In this document: positions 62,456-64,000 of the stretch, one piece after another | Layout of the letters: every line of letters starts with the position of its first letter | How positions within the stretch are numbered: the stretch's first letter is position 1 | DNA from: a virus | UHGV virus genome: UHGV-1356548 | DNA: 64,000 nucleotides | Reading direction: 5' to 3' (one strand) | Made by a program: the position numbers and the translations under genes | Notes under the pieces: generated by a model | The model's input: the letters and a program-made list of their open reading frames with translations, nothing else | Databases searched by the model: none | Told to the model about the DNA's origin: nothing

Positions 62456-63946
62456 GTGGCTAAGTATGGATTGACAGAGGCTGGTTTCGTTATACCAACC
62501 CTAAATGACCTAATCGTTGAAACTAAGCAAAGCCTGATCCGTGCTTTTGGCGAAAACTTCAACGTACAGAGTAACTCCGTTGCAGATAAGCTGACCACTA
62601 TCTTCAACGAGCGAGAGTATCAACTTATTCTTATGGCAGCATCTGTATACGCATCACAGACGCTGTATGGGGCAGAAGGTATTTACCTAGATGAGCTTCT
62701 TGGAAGACAGGGTATTTACCGAAGAGGCCGTTCTAAATCATCAGGTACCTGCCAGTTGACAATCAACACAACTGTGCCGTACAATATGATTTATGATTCC
62801 AAAACTTATACGCTGGACAGTGGCAACTTTGTTCTTAGCAACGATGTGCAAGTAGCAGGGAATCTTATTGCTCACAGAATAAATGCTCCAGACCTAAGGA
62901 TTGGGAAATACAACTTCCAAATTACCAACCAGACAGATGGAAGTATCAAAACAAAAAGCCTGGTTTTAACAGATAAGTCTCTGGACTCTTCTGATTTGCC
63001 AAGCTTTTACGGAGAGATTAAGCAATTCATTGTCGATAATACAACCCTGTTGAACGACGATTTGATTCAGATCGATATGTTGACAGGAACGTTGTGGATA
63101 GGGTACAATTCGAATCTTGATCAAGTTGGGCTTAACAGCAGGGTAGATTTCAGAGTATCCCCGATTGTAGGGGAAAGAACTATCACACTGGATGTTATCG
63201 CTAACGAGGCTGGTGAGCTGTCAAGAGAAGCAGAAACCGTGACAACAATGTCACCTACTCCTAGTGGATTTATCAAGCTTACCAACCGAGAAAGATTCAA
63301 TGAGGGCAGGGATGTTGAGAAAGACTCAGAGTATCGCTTAAGAGCTTCCAGCACAAAACAGTTAACATCTAAGGCTACCCGTCCTGCAATCCTTAGCGCT
63401 GTAAGCGAGGTGAAAGGTGTTGAGAAAGTGAGAGTGTTCTCCAACAACACCGATAAAACTGATGCTAAAGGTATACCTCCTTACAAGTTCCAAGTGGTTG
63501 TGTTTGGTGGTGCAACGGAAGACATTTGCCAAGCACTTTACCAAACTATAGCCTGTACGAACAGGACTTATGGTAATATTTTCTACGATGTCACTACATC
63601 TGACGGTCAAACTGAAAGAATTTATTACTCCAAGGCAAACACCTACCGCCTGGATATGAGAATTACCTACTCCGGTGCTGCGCTTTCTACAACCGAAAAA
63701 GATGCCATTATAGAGGCTCTTTTGCAGGTTGTTAACGGACTGGATGTTGCAGATACGTTGTATAATATCCAATTGGTAGGTGCTGCATCTGCTGCTGTGT
63801 CAATAGGCAGATTTAATAGACTGGTAATTCAAGTTAAATCCGTAGGAGCTTCTGATGAAGCTTACACTACAAACGATATTGTTGCGAACATGACCGAGGT
63901 GTTTGACCTCGACGAAAGTAATATAACTTTCCAACAAACTATTTAA
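62456..63946 (+). CDS. hypothetical tail protein
   Basis: 496-aa ORF after the J-like gene. Confidence 0.35.
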   Translation: MAKYGLTEAGFVIPTLNDLIVETKQSLIRAFGENFNVQSNSVADKLTTIFNEREYQLILMAASVYASQTLYGAEGIYLDELLGRQGIYRRGRSKSSGTCQLTINTTVPYNMIYDSKTYTLDSGNFVLSNDVQVAGNLIAHRINAPDLRIGKYNFQITNQTDGSIKTKSLVLTDKSLDSSDLPSFYGEIKQFIVDNTTLLNDDLIQIDMLTGTLWIGYNSNLDQVGLNSRVDFRVSPIVGERTITLDVIANEAGELSREAETVTTMSPTPSGFIKLTNRERFNEGRDVEKDSEYRLRASSTKQLTSKATRPAILSAVSEVKGVEKVRVFSNNTDKTDAKGIPPYKFQVVVFGGATEDICQALYQTIACTNRTYGNIFYDVTTSDGQTERIYYSKANTYRLDMRITYSGAALSTTEKDAIIEALLQVVNGLDVADTLYNIQLVGAASAAVSIGRFNRLVIQVKSVGASDEAYTTNDIVANMTEVFDLDESNITFQQTI

Positions 63947-63957
63947 GGCGGCGAGAT

Positions 63958-64000
63958 ATGGCAGAGATTAAGTCGGATGTTAACCACATCCACGCTCTGC
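63958..64000 (+). CDS. hypothetical protein (5' fragment, runs off window)
   Basis: ATG at 63958 (MAEIKSDVNHIHAL...) open to the window end. Confidence 0.25.
   Translation, partial: MAEIKSDVNHIHAL

Overview
This window looks like part of a large virulent tailed-phage genome (dsDNA, roughly 44-46% GC by eye), split into two transcriptional blocks. Positions 1-25.8 kb are almost entirely minus-strand early / DNA-metabolism genes: nrdD, a glutaredoxin, nrdB, nrdA, a ThyX-like protein, a HAD phosphatase, a DNA adenine methyltransferase, a nuclease cluster, a lambda R-like endolysin, a DNA ligase, a Sir2-family protein and an RNA ligase. From 25.9 kb onward genes run on the plus strand: a polynucleotide-kinase-like protein plus a metallophosphoesterase, a 660-bp ORF-free region with an iteron array, a promoter-driven tRNA cluster (six canonical tRNAs and one atypical tRNA-like gene), a spanin pair, then a late structural module (terminase, portal, scaffold, capsid, tail proteins with a -1 frameshift chaperone pair, tape measure, a tail fiber with a C-terminal S74 chaperone domain, and a lambda J-like protein). 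The most striking feature is a sequence-perfect 4,661-bp tandem duplication (about 16.59-25.91 kb) joined at a 9-bp microhomology; it doubles the Sir2 / MazG-like / RNA-ligase cassette and leaves a truncated second ligase copy. All functional calls rest on motifs read by eye from the translations; no database search was run, so family assignments are hypotheses and the phage lineage is undetermined.
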